DNA of 40,000 nucleotides from a virus (lineage: Duplodnaviria; Caudoviricetes): positions 1 through 40,000 of the IMG/VR virus record IMGVR_UViG_3300012942_000083, one strand, 5' to 3'. The notes under the pieces were generated by a model, which ran no database searches, was not told where the DNA came from, and was given only the letters and a program-made list of their open reading frames with translations. The position numbers were made by a program, and so were the translations under genes. Of the stretch, positions 8,826 through 17,820 are shown piece by piece; within the stretch, counting starts at the first letter, position 1; each line of letters begins with the position of its first letter.

Positions 8826-9238
8826 GCCGTAACCTTCATTGCTTTCAATTTCTGCATCGCCACATACAGCCCCGTTACATCGAGCTTGCCCATCATCGAG
8901 TCGATGGTGTTCACCGCAACCCGAATCGGGGCAATCTCGTAGTCGTGCGGGACGACATCGGCGCAGATTCGCTGCTGCGCCTGATTGAGTGCCATCGCGC
9001 CGCCGTTGATGAGCCGCGCCTCGTGACTGCGACGCGGATTGTGTTCGATGGCAACCTGCACGACGTTGAACACTTCGGCGAGCGCATCGAACGTATCCGA
9101 GGTGGGCGCCATTTCCAGACACGACAGAGCCGTGTGCATCTGCATGCCGAACTGGTCCTTGAGCTCGGCCATCATCGGAATGCGGGGCAGACGGCGTTCG
9201 TGCTTGGCGCGGCGCTCGGCTCGGTACTTGCTGCTCAT
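8822..9238 (-). CDS. Hypothetical phage protein (138 aa)
   Basis: ATG at 9238 with GAGG upstream; ATGA overlap with the methyltransferase gene. Confidence 0.7.
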   Translation of the reverse strand: MSSKYRAERRAKHERRLPRIPMMAELKDQFGMQMHTALSCLEMAPTSDTFDALAEVFNVVQVAIEHNPRRSHEARLINGGAMALNQAQQRICADVVPHDYEIAPIRVAVNTIDSMMGKLDVTGLYVAMQKLKAMKVTA

Positions 9239-9245
9239 GATCGCC

Positions 9246-9866
9246 TCACGCAGCCTTTTCTTTCTGCATGTCCTGGATGGCGCAGTAGACACGCCAGCAG
9301 GCCTGCACGTCGGCCATGGCGCTGTGCGCGTTTTCCACCGGCGAACCGATGAAGAACTCGTGCGCCTCGTTCAGGTTCGCGCTTTTGTTGTGGAACCGGC
9401 CGGCTGCGCGCATCTTGGCGGTGGGCGGCAGCTTCAGAATGGGCGTGGCCAGCTTCTGCGTGCATTCGGCCCTGCAATCCTTCCAGCGTTCCACTATGGT
9501 TTCGGAGAACGTTTCCGGATTGCGCTTGAGGGCGATGCGCAGGATGCGTTGGTCAAAAGCGACGTTATGGCCAATGACCGTGCGGCCATTCCACAAACCC
9601 AGGAATAGGGCGACCGCAGACGCTTCCGGAATACCGACTTCGAGTGCGCGTTCGGTCGTGATGCCGTGGATGGCCGCCACGTCGTCGGGGATCGTCCAGC
9701 CATCGGGCTTGATGATCACGTCCATGCTGCTGATGGTCTCCCGGGTGTCCAGGTCCACCAGCATGGCGGCAAGCTGCACAATGTGGGGCTGGTCGGGACT
9801 TTCGGAAGGTGCGTGCCAATCGGGCAGTCCGGTGGTCTCCGTGTCGAATACCAGGGCGCCATTCAT
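9246..9866 (-). CDS. DEDDh 3'-5' exonuclease (DnaQ/epsilon-like)
   Basis: FDTETTG, GHNVAFD, AHSAMAD motifs. Confidence 0.92.
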   Translation of the reverse strand: MNGALVFDTETTGLPDWHAPSESPDQPHIVQLAAMLVDLDTRETISSMDVIIKPDGWTIPDDVAAIHGITTERALEVGIPEASAVALFLGLWNGRTVIGHNVAFDQRILRIALKRNPETFSETIVERWKDCRAECTQKLATPILKLPPTAKMRAAGRFHNKSANLNEAHEFFIGSPVENAHSAMADVQACWRVYCAIQDMQKEKAA

Positions 9867-10378
9867 GCTGCGGCCTCCATGGCATTACTGGGAACTTCCA
9901 GCGATACCTCGATCTCGCCGCCGATCAGGCCGTAGAGCTTGCCGATCTGTTTTTCGTCCGGGTTGCATTTCACCCGGAACTTGATAAACGTTGTGCCGCC
10001 ATCCATGAATTCGAACTGGAATTTATCGATTGTGGCATCGTCCAGTTTCACATCCGATTTACCGCCTGTACCGTAATGGACGGTGAATGTTGCGCCGACG
10101 ATCTCGTCGCGCCATGCGAGGCTGTCGGCGTACTTGCCGAAGCGCAGTCGAGTGAGTGCCAGCGGTTCCTCCTGGGCCTTGTCGACCATGTCCATTTCGC
10201 CGGGTTCCGGCGCACGGTAAAAGGTCGATTTCAGCGACGAGTGAAACTCGGAGAGGACGTCATTAGGCATTCTGACGCTGCAAGTGAGGTCAGCGCCGGG
10301 GGCATTTTCGTCACCATGTTTTTCAGCACGCAGGTTCAGATTGGTGAACTGTGCGGTCTGGTGGGAGAGTTCGAACAT
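9863..10378 (-). CDS. Hypothetical phage protein
   Basis: GGAG ribosome-binding site, ATGA coupling, protein-like composition. Confidence 0.75.
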   Translation of the reverse strand: MFELSHQTAQFTNLNLRAEKHGDENAPGADLTCSVRMPNDVLSEFHSSLKSTFYRAPEPGEMDMVDKAQEEPLALTRLRFGKYADSLAWRDEIVGATFTVHYGTGGKSDVKLDDATIDKFQFEFMDGGTTFIKFRVKCNPDEKQIGKLYGLIGGEIEVSLEVPSNAMEAAA

Positions 10379-10415
10379 TGATTACGCTCCAATAGTGGGG
10401 TATGAAGAGGCTGGA

Positions 10416-10706
10416 TCAGTCCAGTTCCAGGCGCTGAAGCAGATCGCCGACGCGAGCCTGGGATGCTTCAATGCGTCCCGTGAGCAGCGCCAGACTTTCG
10501 CCAAGGGGGCTCTCCTGAACGGGTCGAACGGGCTCTCCCTTCCCCTCTGGAGCGGATGAATGAAGAACGGGAGCGAGCCGGTTGACCAGGTGCTCCAGGC
10601 TTTGGTTCAGCAAATCTAATTGCAGGTTGGCGTTGCTAAGCTGCTGCGTGATTTCGCGTGTCTCGACGGGAGTGGCCGCGGCGTTTTTGGGTGCGATGCT
10701 ATTCAT
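10416..10706 (-). CDS. Hypothetical coiled-coil protein (96 aa)
   Basis: ATG at 10706 with AGGAG ribosome-binding site. Confidence 0.7.
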   Translation of the reverse strand: MNSIAPKNAAATPVETREITQQLSNANLQLDLLNQSLEHLVNRLAPVLHSSAPEGKGEPVRPVQESPLGESLALLTGRIEASQARVGDLLQRLELD

Positions 10707-10806
10707 GGTTCGACTCCTGTGGTTGGGTGGTGAGTAATTGGTGGGCAGGCGCGGCGGACAGGGATGGATGAGGGGAGCCACCGCGCCTTGAGTGCCCATA
10801 AGCGAT

Positions 10807-11091
10807 TCAGAACTCCGATTCAGCCGACAGACCTGCCAGTGCGAGATTGGCCATATCAATGATCGGTTTCAGGCGGTCGAGTTCGGCTTGGTCTGCCTGC
10901 AGTTGAATGTTCAACATTTCGAGGCATCGTTCGCGCGATACCGCAGGGCATTTGATGTATCCCCCGAAATTCACCCTTACGGCCCCGTTGATATTGGCAC
11001 CCGGCGCTTCGGCTTTCCGGAGAAAGGATTGAATGTCATCAATTTCTTGGCACAATTCACTCACTCGGGTCAGCGCATTTTCAATATTCAT
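10807..11091 (-). CDS. Hypothetical phage protein
   Basis: GGAGA ribosome-binding site; fills the operon. Confidence 0.7.
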   Translation of the reverse strand: MNIENALTRVSELCQEIDDIQSFLRKAEAPGANINGAVRVNFGGYIKCPAVSRERCLEMLNIQLQADQAELDRLKPIIDMANLALAGLSAESEF

Positions 11092-11103
11092 GATTTCTCC
11101 GGA

Positions 11104-12870
11104 TTAAGCCGCTTCGGCCAGCGGCTGGGTTGCATTGACGATTCGGCCGTTCTCGATCCACACCGCTGTTACGGCGTCGGGTAACCCAGCGGGTGGGGCC
11201 TTGAGCGTGATTGCAACGATGGCGGTGTCGATGGCATCGACAGTCGCCAGCGATTCGAGCCAGCCAATCAGGGTGGGGCGGTCAGACGGTTGCAGGATGT
11301 CGGCCCGATCCAGGATCAACAATCGGATATTGGCCAGCCGCGAAATGGCCTCGGCCAGCATGGCATCGGTGCGCCACTGCTCGGATTCGGACAAGAGGTT
11401 GTAGGGGCGGCCCGCCGCGGTGATCGTCATATCGGCGGCGATGGCAACCTGCATCCAGCCTGTTTCCTGGGCGCTTGAACGCAAGGCATCGTTGAACGGT
11501 TTGAGAGCGGTGCCCAGGATTTCGCCGGGGATGCCGTCCGGAGCGAGTGCTTCGGCCAGTTTGAGGTATGCCTGGATGGAGTCGTGCAGGGTGGCGGCTT
11601 TCTTGGTGTTGGCTTCCGCCTGCTGGCCGACCAATTGCAGACGATCCAGCCGGCGCTGCTCCTCTTCGAAGCCGCGCAGCTCCGCATCCAGGTCTGCGGT
11701 GCGCGCAGTGAGCTTTTCCAGCGCCTCGGCGTCGACCTTCTCGGGTTCTGGCCCGGGTTCAGCGGGCTTGGCCGCCTGCAGATCGCGCTGGTCATTCTCG
11801 ACGCTGCGCTTGAACATGTCGCGGGAATGGATGGCCGCGGGCAGGGCAGCTGCCGCTTCCGGATCACCCTGGGCGTCCAGTGCGCCGTACTGGGTTTCGT
11901 AGGCCTCTAGCACCGTGTTGATGCGGGTGTCGAGATCCTTCGGTGCGGAAAGCTCTTCATAGGCATCGGCCAGTGTTGCGGCCAGATCGTGCACCAGCCC
12001 CACACGCGGCCCGGTACCGGCTTTCAGTTGCAGTTCGTCGACCTTCTCCTGCCACTTGGTCAGTTCGGCCTGGTCGAATTCGAGCTTGCGTTCCAGTTCC
12101 GCGACGCGCGCAGGCACTTTGGCGGCTGCCTGCTGGCGTTCGACCCAGGCGCTATGCGCTTTCGCCTTTTCGCGTAGCACGCCGATATCCTGATTGGCGA
12201 TGCGGATCTGGGCGCGCCGTTCGTCCAGCAGCGCGGTGACGTGGCGCATGCGCACGGCATCGAAGGGTTCCGGAGTATCCGCTTCCCAGTCCTCACCTTT
12301 CTGGCTGCCCCAGGTTTCCCCGGTGATGGCACGCCAGCCAGCCTTGGCCTGCTTGGCTTGATCTTTCGCCCACGCTTCGGCGGCGGGAAAGCCCCGGCCG
12401 AGCTCCGGCAGTACTTGGTCGACGAGCGCAGCCTCGATGCCGCGGCGCCCAAGCATGTCACGCACGAAAGCGCCGTTGACCTTGCAACCGGTCAGGTCGA
12501 ACAGCAGGGAGCGGCGTTGGTCCGCATCGAGCTTGGCGAAGCGCTGCGTGTCCAGGACGTACGGCAGGAAGGGCGACAGACCATTTGTCGGCCCGTACGC
12601 CTTGCCGCTCGGTAGCGTCACGCCAAATTCGGCATCGTCGACCATCAGGCTGATACGGCCGTTCTTGGCGCCTTCGGTGACCAGCGAGTCGTAGTGCTTC
12701 TTTAGGTGGACGCGTTCCGGATCCTCGCCCAGGGCCAGCCGGATCGACTCGACCAAGCTGGATTTGCCCGCGCCATTGGCGCCGGCAGCCAGGAATAGGG
12801 GCGTATCAAGGGTCAGGTTGATGTCGCGCACGCCCATGGTGTTGCGCACGGCAATGGATTGGATCTTCAT
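11104..12870 (-). CDS. SMC/Rad50(SbcC)-like ABC ATPase with central coiled coil (588 aa)
   Basis: Walker A GANGAGKSS, long coiled coil, signature LSESE, Walker B LLILD; ATG at 12870. Confidence 0.85.
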   Translation of the reverse strand: MKIQSIAVRNTMGVRDINLTLDTPLFLAAGANGAGKSSLVESIRLALGEDPERVHLKKHYDSLVTEGAKNGRISLMVDDAEFGVTLPSGKAYGPTNGLSPFLPYVLDTQRFAKLDADQRRSLLFDLTGCKVNGAFVRDMLGRRGIEAALVDQVLPELGRGFPAAEAWAKDQAKQAKAGWRAITGETWGSQKGEDWEADTPEPFDAVRMRHVTALLDERRAQIRIANQDIGVLREKAKAHSAWVERQQAAAKVPARVAELERKLEFDQAELTKWQEKVDELQLKAGTGPRVGLVHDLAATLADAYEELSAPKDLDTRINTVLEAYETQYGALDAQGDPEAAAALPAAIHSRDMFKRSVENDQRDLQAAKPAEPGPEPEKVDAEALEKLTARTADLDAELRGFEEEQRRLDRLQLVGQQAEANTKKAATLHDSIQAYLKLAEALAPDGIPGEILGTALKPFNDALRSSAQETGWMQVAIAADMTITAAGRPYNLLSESEQWRTDAMLAEAISRLANIRLLILDRADILQPSDRPTLIGWLESLATVDAIDTAIVAITLKAPPAGLPDAVTAVWIENGRIVNATQPLAEAA

Positions 12871-12872
12871 GT

Positions 12873-14132
12873 TCACTCCATGCTCATGTTGTTGTGGCGG
12901 GAACCACGGCCGGCGCTCTTGGCGGCTGGCGTGTTCGGCTTGGCATCTTGAGGCTCTTCGAACTCGGCCTGGCGCTGGCGGTAGATGTGCTGCAGGTCGC
13001 TGCGCTCGATTTCGTCGTGCACATCGCGGATTTGATCGGCGGCAACCTGCAGCGCGTCGAGGTTCTTGGCACACCGCAGATCGGCCGCGACCTGGTCGTA
13101 GGTCGGTGCGGCCGGCGTGTTGTCCTCTGGCGGTCGAGCCTGGGTTCGAGCGCGAGGTGCGGCGTTTCGCTCTTCCCGAGCGGCTACCGGCTCGCGTTCT
13201 TTCTCTGGCGGAAAGTTGAAGTTGGCCACGTCGCTGGGGTCATCTTCGAGAGCCGGGGGATCGAAGCCATCTTGGACCACCGCGCGCGCGACATCCGGAT
13301 CGGCCATTTCCGCCATATCTACGGTGCGGGCTTCGGCGCTGGAATCGATGGCCGTGGCTGCCGCGAGTGTGTCGCCTGGATTGAGCGGCAGCTGCTTGGC
13401 ATGCTTCTTGATGGCGGACTTCGCCGCCATGTCGTCTTCCCACATGACCCAAGGCGTTTCAGACAAGGACTTTTCGGCGCGCTGGCGTTCCTTTTCGTTC
13501 TCTGCCATCGTCACGTTGCGCGTGAGGGCATTGAACGTCTCGCTCTTGGAGCGGATCTTGTAGATTTCGTCCAGCGGCAGCACCGTGGCCAGTTCGATGC
13601 CGGAATCCAGTTTCGTGAGGCAATACGCACCCAGCAGGGCGCCGCGGTCTTTCAATGCCTTGCGATACTTCAGGAAGCTATCCGAACCCATCATGTGTTC
13701 GAACAGGTCGTGTTCATGGATCGCTTCGGCCTGAATGCTCATGATGTACGGGGAGCGGTGGGCCAGTGTCACAAAGCCGCGGTAGCCTACCTGAAACTGA
13801 CACTCGACGACCTTGACCCATTCGCGCCCGACCTTCACGTTCCGCTTGTACGGAATCAGGAAAGCCTGCTGTTGGATGGTGTTGGGTTCCAGTCCCAGGG
13901 CAGCCGAAGCCATGAATGCGCCCAGCACAGAGGCCGGTTCGCAGCTGGCCAGCAGAGGCGTCTTGCGTACCGCGTTCACGGCCAGGCGGAGGAACCTGTC
14001 GGCGGTGAGGAATTTCCCGGCCACGGCGGCGATACCCTGTTCGACCTTGGGATCGTGCAGGTAGTCGAAAATGCTTTTCTGTCGGGTGGCGACCGCGCCG
14101 GAGACGGCTTCTTTCAATTGATCAGTGCTCAT
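12873..14132 (-). CDS. recT: RecT-family ssDNA annealing recombinase
   Basis: SVLGAFM..AALGLEP, AFLIPY, QFQVGYRG, PW..W..MAAKSAIK motifs. Confidence 0.92.
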   Translation of the reverse strand: MSTDQLKEAVSGAVATRQKSIFDYLHDPKVEQGIAAVAGKFLTADRFLRLAVNAVRKTPLLASCEPASVLGAFMASAALGLEPNTIQQQAFLIPYKRNVKVGREWVKVVECQFQVGYRGFVTLAHRSPYIMSIQAEAIHEHDLFEHMMGSDSFLKYRKALKDRGALLGAYCLTKLDSGIELATVLPLDEIYKIRSKSETFNALTRNVTMAENEKERQRAEKSLSETPWVMWEDDMAAKSAIKKHAKQLPLNPGDTLAAATAIDSSAEARTVDMAEMADPDVARAVVQDGFDPPALEDDPSDVANFNFPPEKEREPVAAREERNAAPRARTQARPPEDNTPAAPTYDQVAADLRCAKNLDALQVAADQIRDVHDEIERSDLQHIYRQRQAEFEEPQDAKPNTPAAKSAGRGSRHNNMSME

Positions 14133-15073
14133 GATTGGCGTTCCTTTTTCAGCCGCATGACGCGGATTGTTTGCAGGGTTTTGAATTTGGCGGCGATGTC
14201 GGGATGCGCTTCAGCCAGAGCTTTCTCATCGAGGCGGCGCATTTCCTGGGCTTTCCAGGTCAGAATGGGTTTGCCCTGGTACTTGAGGATCGAATAGGGC
14301 GAGATGAACTCGGCGATGTCGAGCTGCAGGCCTTCCTTCTCGGCGTTCCATGCCGAGATTTGCTGATTGATCGCTGCCAGCCTGCCTACCTTGGCCACAA
14401 TTTCTTCGGTGGCCTCGCAGGACTTGCCGTTGTCCACCGGATAGATCGCCTTCACGTCGTCGAACTTCATGAAGTCAGGCGTTTTGCCGCCGATGACGCA
14501 GTCGTTCCAGAACTCCACGGCCCGAGCCCGCATGCTCTCGATCAGTTCGTCGTCGCGATCCACCCAGTACAGGGCCACATCGTCCAGTCCCATGAGGGCT
14601 GACACCAGGCAGCGCCGTCGGCCGGTGATGCCCAGGCCGTGCATGAATTGGGCGTGATAGTGCAGCGGGATCTGGTCCGTGAATTCTTCGTCGCCCCAAC
14701 CTTGGCGCGCAAAGCCCGACACGCTTTTCGCATCCCCGTTGATGTGTTCGCCGTCGAGCATGAGTTCGAAGTCGATTTCGCAGGCCAGGAATGGATAGAC
14801 CTCATCCTGATAGCGCCGGTTGGTGGCGATCAGTTCCACGTCGCGGCCCAAGTCCCGTAGCTTATCGAGCGTCATTTCGACGATGATCGGTTCCAGCCGG
14901 TGGCCGCGGTCGAAGATGCGTTGCTGGTATTTGCTGGGCTTGGGCTTGCTGCGGCGGCCAGTCTTCTCAAGCCACAGTTCCACGGCAGTCTTGTAGGGGC
15001 TGAAGCCGTATACTGCAGCGATGTCCGAGCCGCCAAGAAAAGTACTGCGGTCAATGTCTTGAGGGGCGTTCAT
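14129..15073 (-). CDS. YqaJ-like viral recombinase exonuclease
   Basis: FLGGSD...SPY, GHRLE, D..DAK nuclease core, YHAQ; adjacent to recT. Confidence 0.9.
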   Translation of the reverse strand: MNAPQDIDRSTFLGGSDIAAVYGFSPYKTAVELWLEKTGRRSKPKPSKYQQRIFDRGHRLEPIIVEMTLDKLRDLGRDVELIATNRRYQDEVYPFLACEIDFELMLDGEHINGDAKSVSGFARQGWGDEEFTDQIPLHYHAQFMHGLGITGRRRCLVSALMGLDDVALYWVDRDDELIESMRARAVEFWNDCVIGGKTPDFMKFDDVKAIYPVDNGKSCEATEEIVAKVGRLAAINQQISAWNAEKEGLQLDIAEFISPYSILKYQGKPILTWKAQEMRRLDEKALAEAHPDIAAKFKTLQTIRVMRLKKERQS

Positions 15074-15408
15074 TGCGCGGCCTCCCCGATAGCCTTGGCG
15101 ATGGCAGCGCGCGCGGCGCGCAGTTCTGGCTGAATCACCCGAAGGCCAGCCAATTCGCGCTCCATGACCATCACGCAGTCGACCAGAGCGGCAAACAGAT
15201 CCGGTGCCGCGGCGATCAGATGGGCAGATGCCTCTTGCTTTGGTGAGGTATCGTCGTCTTCCATGCGCCAGACCACAAAGGCCAGGGCACCATGGGTCGG
15301 GGCGTCGATTTCAACGAAGTGGCCATTCCCGTCCAATAAAGACTGCATTTCGGCCGATGACAGCTTTTCGCCGATACGCCAGGGGCCCGGAGTGTGCTTG
15401 CTATCCAT
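15070..15408 (-). CDS. Conserved phage protein of the HTPGPW...LIAAAPDL type (112 aa)
   Basis: Motifs KHTPGPW and AHLIAAAPDL; ATG at 15408. Confidence 0.78.
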   Translation of the reverse strand: MDSKHTPGPWRIGEKLSSAEMQSLLDGNGHFVEIDAPTHGALAFVVWRMEDDDTSPKQEASAHLIAAAPDLFAALVDCVMVMERELAGLRVIQPELRAARAAIAKAIGEAAQ

Positions 15409-15892
15409 GTTTTGTCTCCGCATCGCTGACGATCTGCGCGGCGCGATTGCACTGCTCGAGCGTGAACAGCCCCCAGTGGCATTCCTTCTGGTCGATGCCC
15501 ATCTGTTCGGCCAGCCAGACATAGGCCGCATCCGCGTCGCCGCCGAAGCCGGTGTCGATCAGGGTGAGGAAGCCGCGCTTCTGCTGGCGCGCCTGGCGCG
15601 TTACCTTGTCGGCCATGGTGCCAAGCGGCAGATCGGTGCCCGGATGCAGACCGACATAGGCGTCGCATGTGCGGCAGAGGTAGGCGTAATGCCAGTCACC
15701 GTACGGACGCCCGTAGATTTCGCTGTTGTCCACCAGCTCGACCGTCTTGGCCCCGCAGCAGTCGCAGTGGGTCGGCGGGTTGAGCCGGTGGGCGACCTTG
15801 GCCAGGGCCCGACGCGAAATGAAGGGTAGAGGCGCCGGGGCGTTCAGCTTCTGGTTCGAGTGGGCCCGGGGGTCCGTTTTCATGACGCGCAT
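15401..15892 (-). CDS. Zinc-finger protein, DUF3268-like (163 aa)
   Basis: CDCC...EIYG...YLCRTCDAYVGLHPGT..PLGTMAD...AYVWLA..MG...CH pattern; ATG at 15892. Confidence 0.82.
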   Translation of the reverse strand: MRVMKTDPRAHSNQKLNAPAPLPFISRRALAKVAHRLNPPTHCDCCGAKTVELVDNSEIYGRPYGDWHYAYLCRTCDAYVGLHPGTDLPLGTMADKVTRQARQQKRGFLTLIDTGFGGDADAAYVWLAEQMGIDQKECHWGLFTLEQCNRAAQIVSDAETKHG

Positions 15893-16077
15893 CAGACCCT
15901 CTCCTTCAAGTACTGCTCGCGGCTGATGGGCTCGGCCATGCCGCCTTTTTCGCGGGCTTCTGCCTGGCGCGCCGCGACGAAGATGTCGGCATCCCATACG
16001 CGATGCTCCATCACGTGGTGGCTGCCTTCCTTGCTGCGGTAGCGCATGTACAAGGATCGGGAGAAATGGGTCTTCAT
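15892..16077 (-). CDS. Hypothetical protein (61 aa)
   Basis: Coupled to neighbours. Confidence 0.6.
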   Translation of the reverse strand: MKTHFSRSLYMRYRSKEGSHHVMEHRVWDADIFVAARQAEAREKGGMAEPISREQYLKERV

Positions 16078-16079
16078 GG

Positions 16080-16283
16080 TCAGGCCCCCACCAGAAACTT
16101 GAGTACTTCCCAGGCGAAGAAGATCGCAAAGGTGGTACCCAGGATGTACATGGCTGCTTCCAGGGGCGGAATCTTGTGGCTGTTGGGAGCCCAGCCGCCG
16201 CGGCCTTCATAGCGGCGCGGAAAGCGCAGCGTGAAGTTGGAGTGGCTGTAATCGACGCCGCCGGGCCAGTTCGAGTTGCGCAT
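16080..16283 (-). CDS. Small protein with C-terminal transmembrane helix (67 aa)
   Basis: ATG at 16283 with GGGAG; hydrophobic AAMYILGTTFAIFFAWEVL. Confidence 0.65.
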   Translation of the reverse strand: MRNSNWPGGVDYSHSNFTLRFPRRYEGRGGWAPNSHKIPPLEAAMYILGTTFAIFFAWEVLKFLVGA

Positions 16284-16285
16284 GC

Positions 16286-16855
16286 TTATTTCTCCCACTT
16301 GATCTGACCGTCCGGCTGGATGGTGCCGCGCATGGTTTTGGGTACGACCTGGGCGACTTCGAACCTGGGACCGACTGGCGCGCCGGCGATACCCTTCGCG
16401 GTAGCGCTGGACGGGCACACGCCGCCGCTGGCTTCGAACGCCTGACGGTTGGCGTCACTGCCGAAGCACACCATGCGCAGTTTGGCGGCCTGATGCAGGC
16501 CTAACTGGTAGAGCATGACCGTGTCCTGACGCACGTTGCAGTCGTACATGGGCTTGGCGTGGCTGCCGGCGAACCCGCCGATCGGCGTGCCAACGGTCAA
16601 CGTATCGCTACCGCCGCAGTTGCTCGGCGAAAACCCGAACGCGGACGGTGCGCCATAGATCATCGGGGTGCCGTAGTTGTGCGTCGTGGTGGGATATTGC
16701 GTACCCTCGAAGGTCACGCGTGAATTGCCTGTGGCGCCCTGATTGGAGACGGTACTTGCGGCCTGGGTCTGCGCCATGCTGCTGGCCGTAGTGCCCGCAA
16801 ATGCAGGCGTGCAGGCTACAATCGCCAGAGCGGCTACGAATTTGATCTTGTTCAT
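16286..16855 (-). CDS. Secreted protein with four Cys in the mature region
   Basis: Sec signal MNKIKFVAALAIVACTPAFA; AGGAGA ribosome-binding site. Confidence 0.85.
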   Translation of the reverse strand: MNKIKFVAALAIVACTPAFAGTTASSMAQTQAASTVSNQGATGNSRVTFEGTQYPTTTHNYGTPMIYGAPSAFGFSPSNCGGSDTLTVGTPIGGFAGSHAKPMYDCNVRQDTVMLYQLGLHQAAKLRMVCFGSDANRQAFEASGGVCPSSATAKGIAGAPVGPRFEVAQVVPKTMRGTIQPDGQIKWEK

Positions 16856-16883
16856 GTTTGAAATCTCCTGTTCGTGGCTGTCA

Positions 16884-16905
16884 GGGGCCCGTGCGACCGG
16901 GCCCC
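16884..16905. other. Intercistronic GC hairpin without a U tract
   Basis: GGGGCCCG-TGCGAC-CGGGCCCC between the two secreted-protein genes. Confidence 0.6.
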
Positions 16906-16914
16906 GCCTACCGA

Positions 16915-17421
16915 TTACCAGTTGTTGTTCGGGTTGATGTTGCTGATCTGGGTGATGTCAGCGATCACGCCGATGGCGCCCACGCCGAACACCGCGTTGC
17001 CGCTGGCGTTGTTCGTGGACGAGGCGAACGCGCTGTTGCCGTTGAGGATCACGCCGTTCTGCAGGCCCACCTGATCGGTCGAGCCGTAGCCGCCGGTGAC
17101 CGCGTATTGGGTGGTGCTCGTGTTCACCGTGGCGCCGCTCGGCGTGACCTGGCCGCCGATGGTGGCCGAACCACCACTGATGGCGCCGGCCGCCTGGATC
17201 GAATAGCCGTTGCCCACGACCTCGGTACCGGCTGCTGCGTTGCCCTGGCTCACCGAGTTGGCAGAGCCGTAGGCCGCGCCACCGAAACCGGCCGCGCCGC
17301 CCGCAACGATCGTGCTCGAGGACGACGGACCACCCTGGTTCCCGTAGTTGCCACCGTGGGCAAATGCCAGCGGGGCGGATGCGGCCAGCGCGGCCGCGAG
17401 GATGAGTTGCTTCAATTTCAT
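16915..17421 (-). CDS. Secreted Gly/Ala/Ser/Asn-rich low-charge protein
   Basis: Sec signal MKLKQLILAAALAASAPLAFA; AAGGAGA ribosome-binding site; mature part has no Lys, Arg or Cys. Confidence 0.87.
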   Translation of the reverse strand: MKLKQLILAAALAASAPLAFAHGGNYGNQGGPSSSSTIVAGGAAGFGGAAYGSANSVSQGNAAAGTEVVGNGYSIQAAGAISGGSATIGGQVTPSGATVNTSTTQYAVTGGYGSTDQVGLQNGVILNGNSAFASSTNNASGNAVFGVGAIGVIADITQISNINPNNNW

Positions 17422-17461
17422 GTGATATCTCCTTGGGTTGCCGGAAAACCGTCCGGCGCGG

Positions 17462-17587
17462 TTAGAAAACGGTGGCGGTGAAGATCAGCTTCAAGGCGAG
17501 AACGCCGACGGTGATCAGGAGCGTGCCGGGAATCAGTTCGGCTACACGGATGGCTTCGGCTCCGGATATTCGCCGCTCATGAGCCAT
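17462..17587 (-). CDS. Possible small membrane peptide (41 aa, MAHERRISGAEAIRVAELIPGTLLITVGVLALKLIFTATVF)
   Basis: Manually translated; hydrophobic C-terminal half; weak ribosome-binding site; overlaps the 3' end of 17542..17820. Confidence 0.4.
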   Translation of the reverse strand: MAHERRISGAEAIRVAELIPGTLLITVGVLALKLIFTATVF

Positions 17588-17820
17588 TCCGATTCAACGC
17601 GGGCGGCATACAGGGCATCAGCGATGGCTCGCGGCACGTCGTGATCGTTCTGGTACAGCATCCACAGAGCGGAAATATGGCCTTGCGACCAATCGGCCAG
17701 TGATTGGCCTGCCAAGCTCTCGTCTCGCAAGCGGGCGGCATTGACGCAAGCGCGTACCTGACGCAGGTTTTCGCGGATCATGATCTTGAGCATGATCATC
17801 TGGTCGTCGCGCGCGCTCAT
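17542..17820 (-). CDS. Hypothetical phage protein
   Basis: ATGA coupling to the upstream gene. Confidence 0.7.
   Translation of the reverse strand: MSARDDQMIMLKIMIRENLRQVRACVNAARLRDESLAGQSLADWSQGHISALWMLYQNDHDVPRAIADALYAARVESEWLMSGEYPEPKPSV

Noticed and set aside
6544-13074. Long N-terminal extensions in the ORF track for the helicase (8091), C5-methyltransferase (9122) and ATPase (13074)
   Set aside because: They overlap upstream genes; internal ATGs at 7911, 8825 and 12870 have coupling or ribosome-binding sites and begin at the conserved domains
12894-14297. 467-aa plus-strand ORF
   Set aside because: Antisense shadow of recT and the yqaJ-like gene, typical of GC-rich coding DNA
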